Assembly: GCA_902613705.1 (NCBI GenBank)
Contig: CACMIG010000001.1
Location: 115,667 to 179,666, forward strand
Source: an uncultured SAR86 cluster bacterium
Lineage (GTDB): Bacteria; Pseudomonadota; Gammaproteobacteria; Magnimaribacterales; D2472
Direction: 5' to 3'
DNA length: 64,000 bases
Below, piece by piece: positions 1 to 9,745 of this stretch. Position 1 is the stretch's first letter, and the number at the start of each line of letters is the position of its first letter. Under the pieces are notes generated by a model, which saw nothing but the letters and a program-made list of their open reading frames with translations, was not told the origin of the DNA and made no database searches. The translations under genes were made by a program, and so were the position numbers.

Positions 1-90
1 GTTTTGAGGGCAATCCGAGCATTATTAGTGGCATTAAAACAATATTAAAATCTTTCTAGTAAGAATAATATTTTTTTCATGAATTCTATT

Positions 91-483
91 TTACTTAATC
101 AAAAGCCCTGCGCATAACTTATTTCCAGTTGGATCTCTTAAATAAGCTAAGTACATTTTAAATTTTCCATAATCTCGAATGCCTGGATCTTCCTCAATAG
201 AGGTGCCTCCATTTTCTATTCCTGCTTTGTGCCATGCACCACCTTGTTCAATACTTTCAATATTAAATCCAACAGTTGCTCCATTTGAAACTGTTGCAGG
301 CTGACCATCTATTGGCTCAGTAATACAAAAACTTGTCCCCTCAAAATTATAGAAATATCTTTTTTGTCCGGTGAGGTTTGGATATAGTTTTCCTGGTCCT
401 CCTCCGAGAACCTCAAATATTTTGTCATAAAAAATTCGTGACTCTTCTATATTATTTGTACCTACCATTACATGACTAAACAT
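91..483 (-). CDS. VOC (glyoxalase/bleomycin-resistance/dioxygenase fold) family protein
   Basis: 130-aa ORF; HVMVGTNN...FY start and YLRDPTGNKL end resemble single-domain VOC proteins. Confidence 0.65.
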   Translation of the reverse strand: MFSHVMVGTNNIEESRIFYDKIFEVLGGGPGKLYPNLTGQKRYFYNFEGTSFCITEPIDGQPATVSNGATVGFNIESIEQGGAWHKAGIENGGTSIEEDPGIRDYGKFKMYLAYLRDPTGNKLCAGLLIK

Positions 484-494
484 ATTCTCTCCAG

Positions 495-1403
495 TTATAT
501 AAATAAATTAATCATTAAAAATGAAAACACTAATGCGATTATCCATAGACTTAATGCAAATAAAAAATTCTTTAAATTTATTCCTTTTATAGCTTCAAAT
601 GTTATTTGAGTTCCAATACAAAAAAGGGCTGAGATTAAAAAAATCTTACTAATTGAATCTATGAAAAAAATTGTATCTTGATTGAACTCAAGAATAGTCC
701 CTGAGGCTATAGCAATAATAAATAATAAAATAAAAATAGGGAATTTAGGTTTTGATTTATCTTGATAAAAAATTCCTAAGATTATAATTAAAGGTATCAA
801 CCAAATAGTTCTGCTAAGTTTAAGTATTGTTGCTGTCTCAACTGCATCACCTCCAAAGGCTATTGCTGTTCCTATAACAGAACCTGTGTCGTGAACAGCC
901 ATTGAAGACCATGCTCCAAAGCTTTCGAAATTCATACCGGTTGCTGCTCCAATTAGAGGAAATATTCCAATTGCTATAGCGTTAAATATAAAAATTATAG
1001 TTAGCGCAGCGAATAAATTTTTTGGTTTTGCTTTAATTAGTGGTGAAATTGCTGCCATTGCGGTGGCGCCACATATAGCAGTTCCAGAGGCGATTAATAT
1101 TCCTAAGCTTCTATCAACTTTAAATAGGTTTGCCAGAAACAAGCCAACAAAAAAAATTATTATTACAAAGGCAGATATATAAGGAAAATATTTAAAAGCT
1201 ATTTCTGTAGCGCTTGATGCGGATATTGTGAGACCAATTAAAATTATTCCAACCTGCAAAAGATTTGTAGTAACTGATTTACTAATATAATCACTTGGAA
1301 ATTTAAAAACTAGCACCAGTAATGACCCAATTACTAATGCTATTAAAGGAGATCCTAAAAGGATTGAAAAAAAAGCAAGCAAGACACCTATTATGATTTT
1401 CAT
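495..1403 (-). CDS. YeiH/UPF0324-family integral membrane protein
   Basis: 302 aa, many hydrophobic segments, GTAICGATAMAAISP motif recalled from the YeiH family. Confidence 0.55.
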   Translation of the reverse strand: MKIIIGVLLAFFSILLGSPLIALVIGSLLVLVFKFPSDYISKSVTTNLLQVGIILIGLTISASSATEIAFKYFPYISAFVIIIFFVGLFLANLFKVDRSLGILIASGTAICGATAMAAISPLIKAKPKNLFAALTIIFIFNAIAIGIFPLIGAATGMNFESFGAWSSMAVHDTGSVIGTAIAFGGDAVETATILKLSRTIWLIPLIIILGIFYQDKSKPKFPIFILLFIIAIASGTILEFNQDTIFFIDSISKIFLISALFCIGTQITFEAIKGINLKNFLFALSLWIIALVFSFLMINLFI

Positions 1404-2242
1404 TAAGTATGTTCTATTAACAAAGTTGGAACATTGTGAGTATGAGACTTAATGGTAGCCACTAAAGTATTTTCTTTTAGCCCCTCCTTTATTGGAGTAA
1501 CATCAACACCCTCACTTATAAGTCTTTTATAAGCCTCCTCAATTGATTCAACTTCCCATGCTAATCCCCAAAGACTGTCTTGAGAATCATCTTCATTTTT
1601 TCGTTCAATAACTTCTATTGTAGTTTTATTAACCCTGAAGAAAAGCATTCTACTTTTCCAATGTTCGATTACTTTATCCAAAGCCAATCGAATATTAAAA
1701 ACATCTTTATAAATATTTATAAACCCATCTGCATCATTTGTGTTTATTACAAGATGGTCGAGTTTGTTAATTGTAGCTTTGGAGTATTTGTTTAAGCCTG
1801 GTAGTACTCCTTCTGAGTGCTCTATGATAAAAGAAAAAAGTCCTCTGGTAAGTTCCGGAGGTAAATAAAGATTTCTCCATTTTCTTATTTTTTGAGTTTT
1901 ATTATCAATGCCTTCACCCTCAGTTGGCTCTTTTACTAAATAACCGGATTTTTTTAATGTAGAAAATGACTCCTCAATGTTGTTTGTTCCGTAAACTACT
2001 CCAACAAGTCCATCTCCTTGCTCTTCAATTGCGCCATTAACCAGTGCAGCTCCAAGACCATCTCCATTCGCTGACAAAAGTTCACAATAGGTATTTTTAA
2101 AATTGAAAATTACATTAGCGGTTCCAAGTGCCTTATGTTCTCCTTTCCAGACAGGCTCCATTCCGAAGATTTTCCTGTAATTTTCCTCAGCGTCATGAAT
2201 GTCTTTTACTGCGATTATTAAATGATCTATTGAAGATATCAT
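1403..2242 (-). CDS. two-domain VOC/glyoxalase-like protein
   Basis: 279 aa with duplicated modules (IDHLIIAVKD and LDHLVINTND); its stop overlaps the start of the next gene by 1 nt. Confidence 0.6.
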   Translation of the reverse strand: MISSIDHLIIAVKDIHDAEENYRKIFGMEPVWKGEHKALGTANVIFNFKNTYCELLSANGDGLGAALVNGAIEEQGDGLVGVVYGTNNIEESFSTLKKSGYLVKEPTEGEGIDNKTQKIRKWRNLYLPPELTRGLFSFIIEHSEGVLPGLNKYSKATINKLDHLVINTNDADGFINIYKDVFNIRLALDKVIEHWKSRMLFFRVNKTTIEVIERKNEDDSQDSLWGLAWEVESIEEAYKRLISEGVDVTPIKEGLKENTLVATIKSHTHNVPTLLIEHT

Positions 2243-2246
2243 TGTG

Positions 2247-3122
2247 TTAGTTCCTAGATTTAAAAAGATTTCTCATGAACGGGAGAATCCATATAATTTT
2301 TAGAAAACTTTTTGGAAATAGTCTGCTCATCAAATCATAAAAATGTGCATCTATACCAATCAATATCCTTTTATTTTTCTTTCTTATATTTTTAAGAATA
2401 ACTTTTGCTGCATGTTCTGGTGATGAAGGCGCATTTTGCTTAAATTTAATGCCTGCCTGCTCTTTTGTATCTGCATTTGCTCCAAACATTGCAGCATCCG
2501 CATCATCCTTTTCAAAACTTTTAAATTTTGCTGAAGAGTAAATGTTTGTTCCTATGTGGCCAGGAAAAACACAATAAGCTTCCACATTAGATTCAGCCAT
2601 TTCTAATTCAAGTGACAGAGATTCAGTAAAAGCCTTTACTCCAAATTTTCCAACATTGTAAATCGACTGTTTTGGGACACTAAAAAGACCGAATATTGAG
2701 GAGGTATTGATTATTGCAGCCTCAGGTCGCTTTTCTAAATGAGGTAGAAAAACCGTTGTCATTTGAATAACAGAATTAAGCAAAATATCTAACCCCCAAT
2801 TCCAATCATTCTCATCTATCTCATTGACTTTTCCGACTATGGATAATCCTGCATTATTAAATACTAGGTCTATTTGTTTATGAAATTCGATAACCTCGTT
2901 AGGCAAAGCTTGTACTTTTTCTTTATCGCTAATATCAAAATTATGAGTTGACACGGCGATATTCCTTTTCCTTAAAAGTTGTTTGGTTTCTTCAAGAGAT
3001 TCTTTATTCCAATCTACAAGTGCTAAATTACAACCCATGTCAGCAAGCTCTATTGATAGGGCTCTGCCTATTCCAGAACCGGCTCCAGAAATTAATGCTA
3101 CTTTTTGTGAAAAATCTTTCAA
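2247..3122 (-). CDS. short-chain dehydrogenase/reductase (SDR) family oxidoreductase
   Basis: N-terminal ALISGAGSGIGRA Rossmann motif, NNAG, Y-x3-K (YNVGK). Confidence 0.8.
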   Translation of the reverse strand: MKDFSQKVALISGAGSGIGRALSIELADMGCNLALVDWNKESLEETKQLLRKRNIAVSTHNFDISDKEKVQALPNEVIEFHKQIDLVFNNAGLSIVGKVNEIDENDWNWGLDILLNSVIQMTTVFLPHLEKRPEAAIINTSSIFGLFSVPKQSIYNVGKFGVKAFTESLSLELEMAESNVEAYCVFPGHIGTNIYSSAKFKSFEKDDADAAMFGANADTKEQAGIKFKQNAPSSPEHAAKVILKNIRKKNKRILIGIDAHFYDLMSRLFPKSFLKIIWILPFMRNLFKSRN

Positions 3123-3448
3123 TATATATCTGTTTTATAAATATTAACTACGGTTACACCTATGACTATAAGAAATAATCCTGCAATTGTCTGCCAATTT
3201 AAAGTTTGTTTATAGAAAAAGTAGCTCAATATTGCTATTGAAAATATCCCTACTCCTGACCATGAAGCATAAACGATTGAAAGCGGTAGTTTTTGAGAAA
3301 CAATAGCCAAAAAGTAAAATGATAGGGCATATGAAAATAATAAGATTGTCGTTGGTAAGATTTTTGTAAAGTTTTGTGATGCTGGTAAGAGCATGGTTCC
3401 AAATACTTCAAACAATATTGCAGAAAACAATATTAAATAAACGTTCAT
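3119..3448 (-). CDS. SMR (small multidrug resistance) family transporter
   Basis: 109 aa, four TM segments, conserved membrane Glu in the first TM (LFEVFGT). Confidence 0.75.
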   Translation of the reverse strand: MNVYLILFSAILFEVFGTMLLPASQNFTKILPTTILLFSYALSFYFLAIVSQKLPLSIVYASWSGVGIFSIAILSYFFYKQTLNWQTIAGLFLIVIGVTVVNIYKTDIY

Positions 3449-3810
3449 ATATTTTTTATGCTCTCTTCAAAATTTATTCCATCAAAGTAAATGACTTCTT
3501 TAATCTCTGGTGGATCATCTACACATTTAAGGTTAATGCTATACATTTCAGGATGAGACCTTGGTTGATAAAAGGACTTGATACCACACCTTTTGCAGAA
3601 AAAGTGTTTTGCTGAACCACTCTCAAAGTTATATTCTAAAAGTAAATCTTCTCCAGCGATAAGTTCAAAAAGTTCATGCTTTACGAAGAGATGCTGATAA
3701 TTAATCATGTCACAAATGGAACAATTGCAGTTCCATATTTCAACATTTTCATCTGATTTAAATTTGAATTTGACTCCACCACAATGACAGCTACCAGTGT
3801 ATTCTTTCAT
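3445..3810 (-). CDS. GFA (glutathione-dependent formaldehyde-activating)/CENP-V family protein
   Basis: GSCHCGGVKF and CNCSIC zinc-cysteine motifs; start placed at the internal MKEYTG rather than the ORF-track ATG at 3843. Confidence 0.65.
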   Translation of the reverse strand: MKEYTGSCHCGGVKFKFKSDENVEIWNCNCSICDMINYQHLFVKHELFELIAGEDLLLEYNFESGSAKHFFCKRCGIKSFYQPRSHPEMYSINLKCVDDPPEIKEVIYFDGINFEESIKNI

Positions 3811-3817
3811 AATTTTT

Positions 3818-3988
3818 CTATAACAAATATCCTGTAGCAACAAACATCCAAAATGCCATCATAGCTATAGTTAAAAAGAAAAATATTTGAGCCTGTTTTA
3901 TCTTATTCATTTGGTACAAAGATATACAAAATAAGATGCCAATAAATCCTATCGTTAATGCTACAAATAAATGCGCTTGATATGACAT
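3818..3988 (-). CDS. small hydrophobic hypothetical protein
   Basis: two predicted TM helices; start trimmed to MSYQAHL to avoid overlap with the upstream gene; no recognisable family. Confidence 0.3.
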   Translation of the reverse strand: MSYQAHLFVALTIGFIGILFCISLYQMNKIKQAQIFFFLTIAMMAFWMFVATGYLL

Positions 3989-3992
3989 TAAG

Positions 3993-4439
3993 TTAAATCC
4001 ATCTTCTTGTCTTATTTTTGTATTTTTCAAATTCATCACCAAAAAGCTTATCCATTACAATTTCTTCTGGAATAATTTGAAATCTTGTTATATAGCCAAC
4101 GAAGAGCATAGTAAGAATAGCCCCTCCTATTAAATTAAATTTAAATGATACTGCAAGAAGAATTAAAACCATTCCTAGATACATCGGGTTTCTTGAGTAT
4201 TTAAAAACTCCTGAAACAACCAAAGAAGTTGCTTTGTCAATATTTATAGGATTAATAGTCGTCTGTTGTGCTTTAAATGATCTGGCTGCTGATATAAGAG
4301 TAAGTGGGCCAACTATTATCAGCAATAAACTTAAAACATTCAAAATTACATTACTAAAGTAAGGGAATAAGGGTTTAGAAAAATAAATTGCTAATCCAAA
4401 CACTAAAGTAACAATTGGTGGTGGTATCTTATTATTCAT
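3993..4439 (-). CDS. isoprenylcysteine carboxyl methyltransferase (ICMT/PEMT-like) family membrane protein
   Basis: 148 aa membrane protein with YSRNPMYLG motif typical of this family. Confidence 0.65.
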   Translation of the reverse strand: MNNKIPPPIVTLVFGLAIYFSKPLFPYFSNVILNVLSLLLIIVGPLTLISAARSFKAQQTTINPINIDKATSLVVSGVFKYSRNPMYLGMVLILLAVSFKFNLIGGAILTMLFVGYITRFQIIPEEIVMDKLFGDEFEKYKNKTRRWI

Positions 4440-4525
4440 ACTATGAATTAAATCATATTTTTTTGATGCCTTAAATATATTGATTAATGTGCTTATAATA
4501 ATGTTAAGGGTTTTAGGAGATCAAA

Positions 4526-5464
4526 ATGCGTAATTCACTTTTTTATATTTTATTTATTTCCCTCTTTGCAATCTCAGATGATGGTTGCGAAGTTTCTAAA
4601 TGGGGTAAAGATGATGAGATTGGTTCTGCCAATCTAATATCAAATGCCAACACTTTAAATGCGATTAAACTTGTTAAAAAAGGTATGTCTCATGGTCTTG
4701 GAATTGTTATTGAGCCTGGGATGCCGGCTTTCCCGCCAAGATATACAGAATTACAAGTAGTTCAACCAAATCAACACTTTGGAAGAGATACAACTGAAGA
4801 TTTTGGATACGACATCACCTACAACGATGACATTTTGCAAATGTGGATTGGAACAGGACCTCAGCTGGATGGATTAGGTCATATTGGTGATGATGATATC
4901 TTTTATAACTGCCATAAAGGTGCAGACTTCTCTTATATAACTGGCCTAACTAAATTTGGTATTGAAAAAGTTCCTCCACTGGTTGGTAGAGGCGTGGTAG
5001 TAAATATGGCAAAGTATTTTGGAATAACTGCTATGGCTGGAGGTCAGGGAATTACAAGAGACGATATAAAAAATGCAGCCAAGCAACAAAACATTAAATT
5101 TAAAGAAGGAGATATTATTCTTTTCCACACTGGTTGGACTGATGCATACCTAAAAAGCTCTCCAGAATTATGGGGAAGTACAATACCAGGTATTACTAAT
5201 GATGCAGCTGTATATTTATCTTCACTTAATCCTATGGCTGTTGGAGCCGATACATGGGGACTAGGTGCAGTTCCTCCAGTTGAGGGCGATTTGGTTTACT
5301 ATGATCACGTAACTCTTATCAAGGAGAACGGTATTTATATATTAGAGACTATGAATACTGGTAAGTTGGCTGAGGATAATGTTACAGAATTCCTATTTGT
5401 CTTAGGTCAGCCAAAGCTTAAGGGTGCTGTTCAAATGATTATTAATCCTGTGGCTCTTTGGTAG
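4526..5464 (+). CDS. putative cyclase/formamidase-family protein, secreted
   Basis: 312 aa, N-terminal signal-like segment, QLDGLGHIG and FHTGW motifs resembling the cyclase family. Confidence 0.5.
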   Translation: MRNSLFYILFISLFAISDDGCEVSKWGKDDEIGSANLISNANTLNAIKLVKKGMSHGLGIVIEPGMPAFPPRYTELQVVQPNQHFGRDTTEDFGYDITYNDDILQMWIGTGPQLDGLGHIGDDDIFYNCHKGADFSYITGLTKFGIEKVPPLVGRGVVVNMAKYFGITAMAGGQGITRDDIKNAAKQQNIKFKEGDIILFHTGWTDAYLKSSPELWGSTIPGITNDAAVYLSSLNPMAVGADTWGLGAVPPVEGDLVYYDHVTLIKENGIYILETMNTGKLAEDNVTEFLFVLGQPKLKGAVQMIINPVALW

Positions 5465-6311
5465 ACATATTAAAATTAGACCTTAAGAAAGATGAAATAG
5501 TTTGTCTTATGATTTCATCTTCTTCTTCAGAAAAGTAATAATGTCCGCCTCCGTCAATTGTTAAAAGTTGATGTTGGTCTTTTAATTTCTCATCTAGAAG
5601 CACTGCTTGCTCATATGGTACCCACCTGTCACTTGTACCATGAATTGTTAAAACATTTAGATTAATTCCATCTAATATGTTTATTGGTGAAAGTGTTTTA
5701 GTAATTTGATCAATGTTTGCATCAGATCCAATCCATCCTTTTACATAATTTGAAGCATTAAAGAACTTTGTTTTATCTAAAAATTCTGAAGTTTGCTTAA
5801 TTTCTGTTATACCAAAAATATTTATTATAGCTTTAGGCGGAATTTCACCTTCACATTCTTTATTATTATAGTTGGCTGATAAGCCAACCATTAATGCTAG
5901 ATGTCCCCCGGCACTAGCACCAGCTACAATAATATCTTCAGTAGAAAGATTTCTTAGCGAAGCATCGTGGATTATTTTTTTGTATGCGCAAATTACATCA
6001 TCAACTGCATTTGGAGCAGTTAACTTACCTATTCTGTAACCAATCATGTAAACATTAAAATCTTGATGATCAATAAAATGATTTTGAAATCTTTTTATCC
6101 ACCTCTCAGCTCTTTTGTCACCATATAACCACCCACCCCCATGGATCCAAACCAAAACCTTGTCTGAAGAGCCTTTATAAAAATCAATTCTTTGTTTTTC
6201 GTCATTGCCGTATGAGATTTCATTTATATCTAATACCTCACTAGAAATTACAAGCAAAGGTATGAGCAACAAAGTTATCTTTATTAAATTGATTAATTTA
6301 TCGGTCTTCAT
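5442..6311 (-). CDS. alpha/beta hydrolase (esterase/lipase, HGGG type)
   Basis: HGGGW oxyanion motif and GASAGGHLA nucleophile elbow; signal-like N-terminus. Confidence 0.7.
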   Translation of the reverse strand: MKTDKLINLIKITLLLIPLLVISSEVLDINEISYGNDEKQRIDFYKGSSDKVLVWIHGGGWLYGDKRAERWIKRFQNHFIDHQDFNVYMIGYRIGKLTAPNAVDDVICAYKKIIHDASLRNLSTEDIIVAGASAGGHLALMVGLSANYNNKECEGEIPPKAIINIFGITEIKQTSEFLDKTKFFNASNYVKGWIGSDANIDQITKTLSPINILDGINLNVLTIHGTSDRWVPYEQAVLLDEKLKDQHQLLTIDGGGHYYFSEEEDEIIRQTISSFLRSNFNMSTKEPQD

Positions 6312-6942
6312 AAAACTTGATATAAAAAAAGTACATTACAGCTGGAAGGATAACAACGCCAAAAAATACAAGAGATGAGGATTGATTTTCAATTGCTGCT
6401 GCACCAATACCGGAGAAGATTATTGCCACCCCAATATTTGTAATGCTAACCGCTAAAAAGAAAAATTTAAAAGAAATATTTGAAATTCCTGCAGTAATCG
6501 CAGTTAACTCAGCAAAACCTGGTATTGGTCTAGATATTATTAAACTTATGATGTTAAAATTTTTTAGTGAGGCTTCGGCTTCAATTAGTTCCTTATTGTT
6601 TAATACTTTTTTTGCAATGGGTCTTCCAGCAAAACGTCCTATTAAATAAGCTATCGATGCTCCAATATTTAAGCCTATCCATACAACAAGAGAGGAAGTA
6701 GCCCAACCCAAAGACATTCCTGCAAAAGTATTAGTAAGACCGTTGGGGACAGGCAAAAAAACATCAGCGGTTAAGGCTAAAATTACTATTAAAGAAATTA
6801 ATAATTTGTTGGATCCGGCCCAATCGAGAGCAATTTCACCATAATTTGCGAGTGGAGTTTCTAAAAAAGTCATTGGCAAAACTATAGAGGTAAAGATAAT
6901 CACACTAAAAAAAATAAATTTAATCCAAAGTGGTATTTTCAT
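6298..6942 (-). CDS. TVP38/TMEM64 (DedA-related, VTT domain) membrane protein
   Basis: 214 aa polytopic membrane protein; pattern similar to VTT-domain proteins. Confidence 0.5.
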   Translation of the reverse strand: MKIPLWIKFIFFSVIIFTSIVLPMTFLETPLANYGEIALDWAGSNKLLISLIVILALTADVFLPVPNGLTNTFAGMSLGWATSSLVVWIGLNIGASIAYLIGRFAGRPIAKKVLNNKELIEAEASLKNFNIISLIISRPIPGFAELTAITAGISNISFKFFFLAVSITNIGVAIIFSGIGAAAIENQSSSLVFFGVVILPAVMYFFYIKFYEDR

Positions 6943-6953
6943 TTAATTGTTCT

Positions 6954-7436
6954 TTACACTTTTTTCCATACTAACAAATCTTTAAATCCATTAAATTCAG
7001 CTGATAGTGTTAGTAAGGTATTTTTTGATGAAAACGAGTACTCTCTTGTTAATGTGGTATCGACCCATTGAGGCAATAGACTAAGCTCTACATTATGATA
7101 TACATTCGATTTGTCTGCGTTAAATGTACCAGCATATGATACATATCCGTTTGATGCCAAAAAAAAGTTCTTAATAGTCTCTAATAAATCACCATCAAAT
7201 GAGATTTCGTTTTCATTTTTTAACATCTTACTAATCTTTGAAATCTTTAACCTATCATCAGATACATTTACACGATTTTTTTGCATTAAATTTGCAGACA
7301 TCCATCCATCAGGGTGATATATCAAATAGCCAGCAACATTGCCTGAAAAGGGATATTTTTTTTCGCCTTCTGGTTTTTCAACAGACCATTCAAACAGTTT
7401 CCATGTTCCTATAAACTTTTGTTGATGCTCTTTCAT
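6954..7436 (-). CDS. lipocalin-like domain protein
   Basis: FIGTWKLFEW start typical of bacterial lipocalin-like domain proteins. Confidence 0.45.
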   Translation of the reverse strand: MKEHQQKFIGTWKLFEWSVEKPEGEKKYPFSGNVAGYLIYHPDGWMSANLMQKNRVNVSDDRLKISKISKMLKNENEISFDGDLLETIKNFFLASNGYVSYAGTFNADKSNVYHNVELSLLPQWVDTTLTREYSFSSKNTLLTLSAEFNGFKDLLVWKKV

Positions 7437-7768
7437 TCTATTTTCTCACAATCCAATGCATAGCCACTTATTTCAAAACCTGCTTTAGAATTTAGTTGAT
7501 TTGAAATTACGCCAGCATTTCCTCCCCTTTCAACTATTTTATTTTTAAACTCAGTTATAGCATTTCTTCTATCAGCACCTGCTGTCATTGATTTTTTACC
7601 AAATGCATTAATTGGAGTAACTTCTATGCAATTAAAGTTCTCTTTTTGCTTGAGAGTAATTATTTGAACTTGTTGATCAATATTTGGAGATAAAGTTGTT
7701 GTACAGCCAAGTAAAAAAAATATAGGGGTGGTGACTAAAATATTTTTATACTTTTCTTTTATATTCAT
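7433..7768 (-). CDS. small lipoprotein (DUF4156-like)
   Basis: lipobox LLGC, 111 aa, C-terminal ERGGNAGV pattern. Confidence 0.45.
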   Translation of the reverse strand: MNIKEKYKNILVTTPIFFLLGCTTTLSPNIDQQVQIITLKQKENFNCIEVTPINAFGKKSMTAGADRRNAITEFKNKIVERGGNAGVISNQLNSKAGFEISGYALDCEKIE

Positions 7769-7837
7769 TCAAATCGAATTTGTTTTAAGGACAACTCTTG
7801 TTCAAAATTTCATAACTGTTTTAGATTGGATTCGTAA

Positions 7838-8248
7838 CTACGACTCCTTATTTGGGTTCCAAATTACTAAGTTTTTAGTTTTAAGTCTGTTTACTACCAA
7901 CTTATATCTTGATTGTTCTTCCTTCCACTCTTTTAGCCAATTAGCTCCATCTCTCTCTGCATCAACAAATATTGCGTTAGTAAATGCAAGAGGCAATATT
8001 ACTCCTATGTGTATTATTATGCTTGCAATAGTATTATATCCAAACCATCCTAAATAATTTGCTGCTAAAAACCCAAAGAATGCGCTCCACACTGTGAACA
8101 AAACTAACATGAAATATGTTTGTAAGCTTGGATCAGGTATATACTTTAATGGATTATATCTCACGTCCATTACTCTTCTCCAACCACTTACTATTTTCAT
8201 TACACTTCTTCTAAAAAGGCTGGGTTTCTTCATACTTGGCTCAATCAT
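7838..8248 (-). CDS. hypothetical membrane protein
   Basis: 136 aa with two hydrophobic helices; no family recognised. Confidence 0.45.
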   Translation of the reverse strand: MIEPSMKKPSLFRRSVMKIVSGWRRVMDVRYNPLKYIPDPSLQTYFMLVLFTVWSAFFGFLAANYLGWFGYNTIASIIIHIGVILPLAFTNAIFVDAERDGANWLKEWKEEQSRYKLVVNRLKTKNLVIWNPNKES

Positions 8249-8345
8249 TACTACTCCTGTTGAATCTTACAAACTCCTTGATCACATGCATTCCAACACT
8301 TATCCATGTTACCGCAATTAAACTCCAAAATAATATCTCAATCAT
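8241..8345 (-). CDS. possible 34-aa membrane peptide, translationally coupled to the downstream ORF
   Basis: hand-translated MIEILFWSLIAVTWISVGMHVIKEFVRFNRSSND; its TGA overlaps the ATG of 7838..8248 (AATGATTGA). Confidence 0.25.
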   Translation of the reverse strand: MIEILFWSLIAVTWISVGMHVIKEFVRFNRSSND

Positions 8346-8398
8346 ATGAATTTACAATCTTGATTTACAAATTATACAGTGATTTATGCAACCTTTTT

Positions 8399-9085
8399 TC
8401 ATCGTCTTGAAAGTATAACGATCCAGCGGCCAAGATTTAAAATATCGGCTAGTGCAGCCGACACATATGTCAGAGCTGCTGCCCTAAGAACCTGACTAAC
8501 GGCTTTTTCATTTGACTGCGATACATAATTCCCTTCCCTTAATATGGGTAAGGCTTTAGAAAAACTTGCATCAAATTCAATAGGCAATGTGACTGCATGA
8601 ACCATCATGCGAGCAATAAAGCCAGACAGCCCTAAGAATAGTAATAAAGAAAATGGCATTGGATGCCTCGTAATAATGCCGATTACTGGCGATAATGAAA
8701 TAATGGAAACGCTCCATCGGGCTACCACATCAACAACTGGAGCCATCTTTGTTCTTGTAGCCAGCCGTTTATCACCTTGATGATCTTGGATAGCATGTCC
8801 AACCTCATGAGCAGCAATAGCGATTGCGGTCAACGACTTTGATTCATAATGCTCTCGTAAAAGTCTAACTTTTTTTTCAATAGGATCATAATGATCTCCA
8901 AGCTCAGTTGTTTCAACCTCAACATCTTTTAAAGAAAATCGCTTAATCAAATGCTTTGCGAGCTCTCCACCAGTGCCAGGCATTTCAGGCTTTTCAGTTG
9001 AATAACGCCTCATGACAAACTTCACCCACAAAGATGGTCCAAATATTATTGCTAATACTATTAGGGCGCCTAACGCGTACAACAT
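8399..9085 (-). CDS. membrane-anchored zinc metallopeptidase (Zn_peptidase_2 family)
   Basis: HEVGHAIQ zinc motif and HYDP...VRL pattern typical of this family. Confidence 0.8.
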   Translation of the reverse strand: MLYALGALIVLAIIFGPSLWVKFVMRRYSTEKPEMPGTGGELAKHLIKRFSLKDVEVETTELGDHYDPIEKKVRLLREHYESKSLTAIAIAAHEVGHAIQDHQGDKRLATRTKMAPVVDVVARWSVSIISLSPVIGIITRHPMPFSLLLFLGLSGFIARMMVHAVTLPIEFDASFSKALPILREGNYVSQSNEKAVSQVLRAAALTYVSAALADILNLGRWIVILSRR

Positions 9086-9104
9086 ATTTTATCCTTGTAA
9101 AAAA

Positions 9105-9479
9105 TTATTCTTTTACTTGTTCTTTTCTGAGAGTATATCCTGCTAATAAAGCTAAAATAAATAAAGCTGGTATGTCACCTAAAAAATGTCCCATTTCATG
9201 GCTATCGATGGCGGCTTGATAAGCCATAATCCCTCCATGAACAACACTGCTCCATACTACAAACCAGACAAACATTGAATGTCTTACTGGGTCGTTTGAG
9301 GCAATTATCATCATAACTCCAAGGGTCATATAGACTCCTTGAATCATCATTTCGTATTCCCATTGAGCAGGACTCCAGGCCCAACCACCCAAAGGATCTA
9401 ATTTCATCATTGGGATAATAAATATAAAAGCTACTCCAAAGACTCTTAAAGTATTCTTTAATATCAATAAATTGTTCAT
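9105..9479 (-). CDS. hypothetical membrane protein (distal array module)
   Basis: 124 aa, three to four TM helices, strong SD (AAAGGAGTAAGAT-ATG) immediately after repeat unit R1. Confidence 0.6.
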   Translation of the reverse strand: MNNLLILKNTLRVFGVAFIFIIPMMKLDPLGGWAWSPAQWEYEMMIQGVYMTLGVMMIIASNDPVRHSMFVWFVVWSSVVHGGIMAYQAAIDSHEMGHFLGDIPALFILALLAGYTLRKEQVKE

Positions 9480-9498
9480 ATCTTACTCCTTTATCAAC

Positions 9499-9567
9499 AA
9501 ACTCACAGTTAAAACTTACTCTACCGTGACTGATTAGTTTTGAACAGTGATTTGATTTATCTTTCAT
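9499..9567 (-). repeat. array unit R1: arm + glmS 3'-end copy + arm
   Basis: degenerate arm aaactcacagtt 9499-9510; glmS-end copy 9516-9533 reads TCA GTC ACG GTA GAG TAA (SVTVE*) on the minus strand; arm aacagtgattt 9543-9553. Confidence 0.85.
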
Positions 9568-9745
9568 TTTCTACATCCTCCAAAATAATGTGTTCCATAA
9601 GAAAAGGTGGAACATATAACACCCTTGATTACACTTCCTCTTTCGCCACTTGGAACATATATAAAAAATGAAATGACAATTGTTGAAATTATTATAAATA
9701 TATAAAGATGTTTTTTTAAAAAACCCACTTATAAACTAATTACTT

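Noticed and set aside
1-59. Possible 3' end of a plus-strand gene entering from the left edge (...FEGNPSIISGIKTILKSF-stop)
   Set aside because: Only 18 codons are visible and no motif is recognisable, so it cannot be supported.
9202-9567. 121-aa ORF from the track, preceded by a good-looking SD (GGAGGA)
   Set aside because: Its first 25 codons are a read-through of repeat unit R1 (MKDKSNHCSKLISHGRVSFNCEF). The rest overlaps out of frame the far more plausible 124-aa membrane ORF, which has its own strong SD. The ATG lies in the conserved tail shared by R1, R2 and R6.
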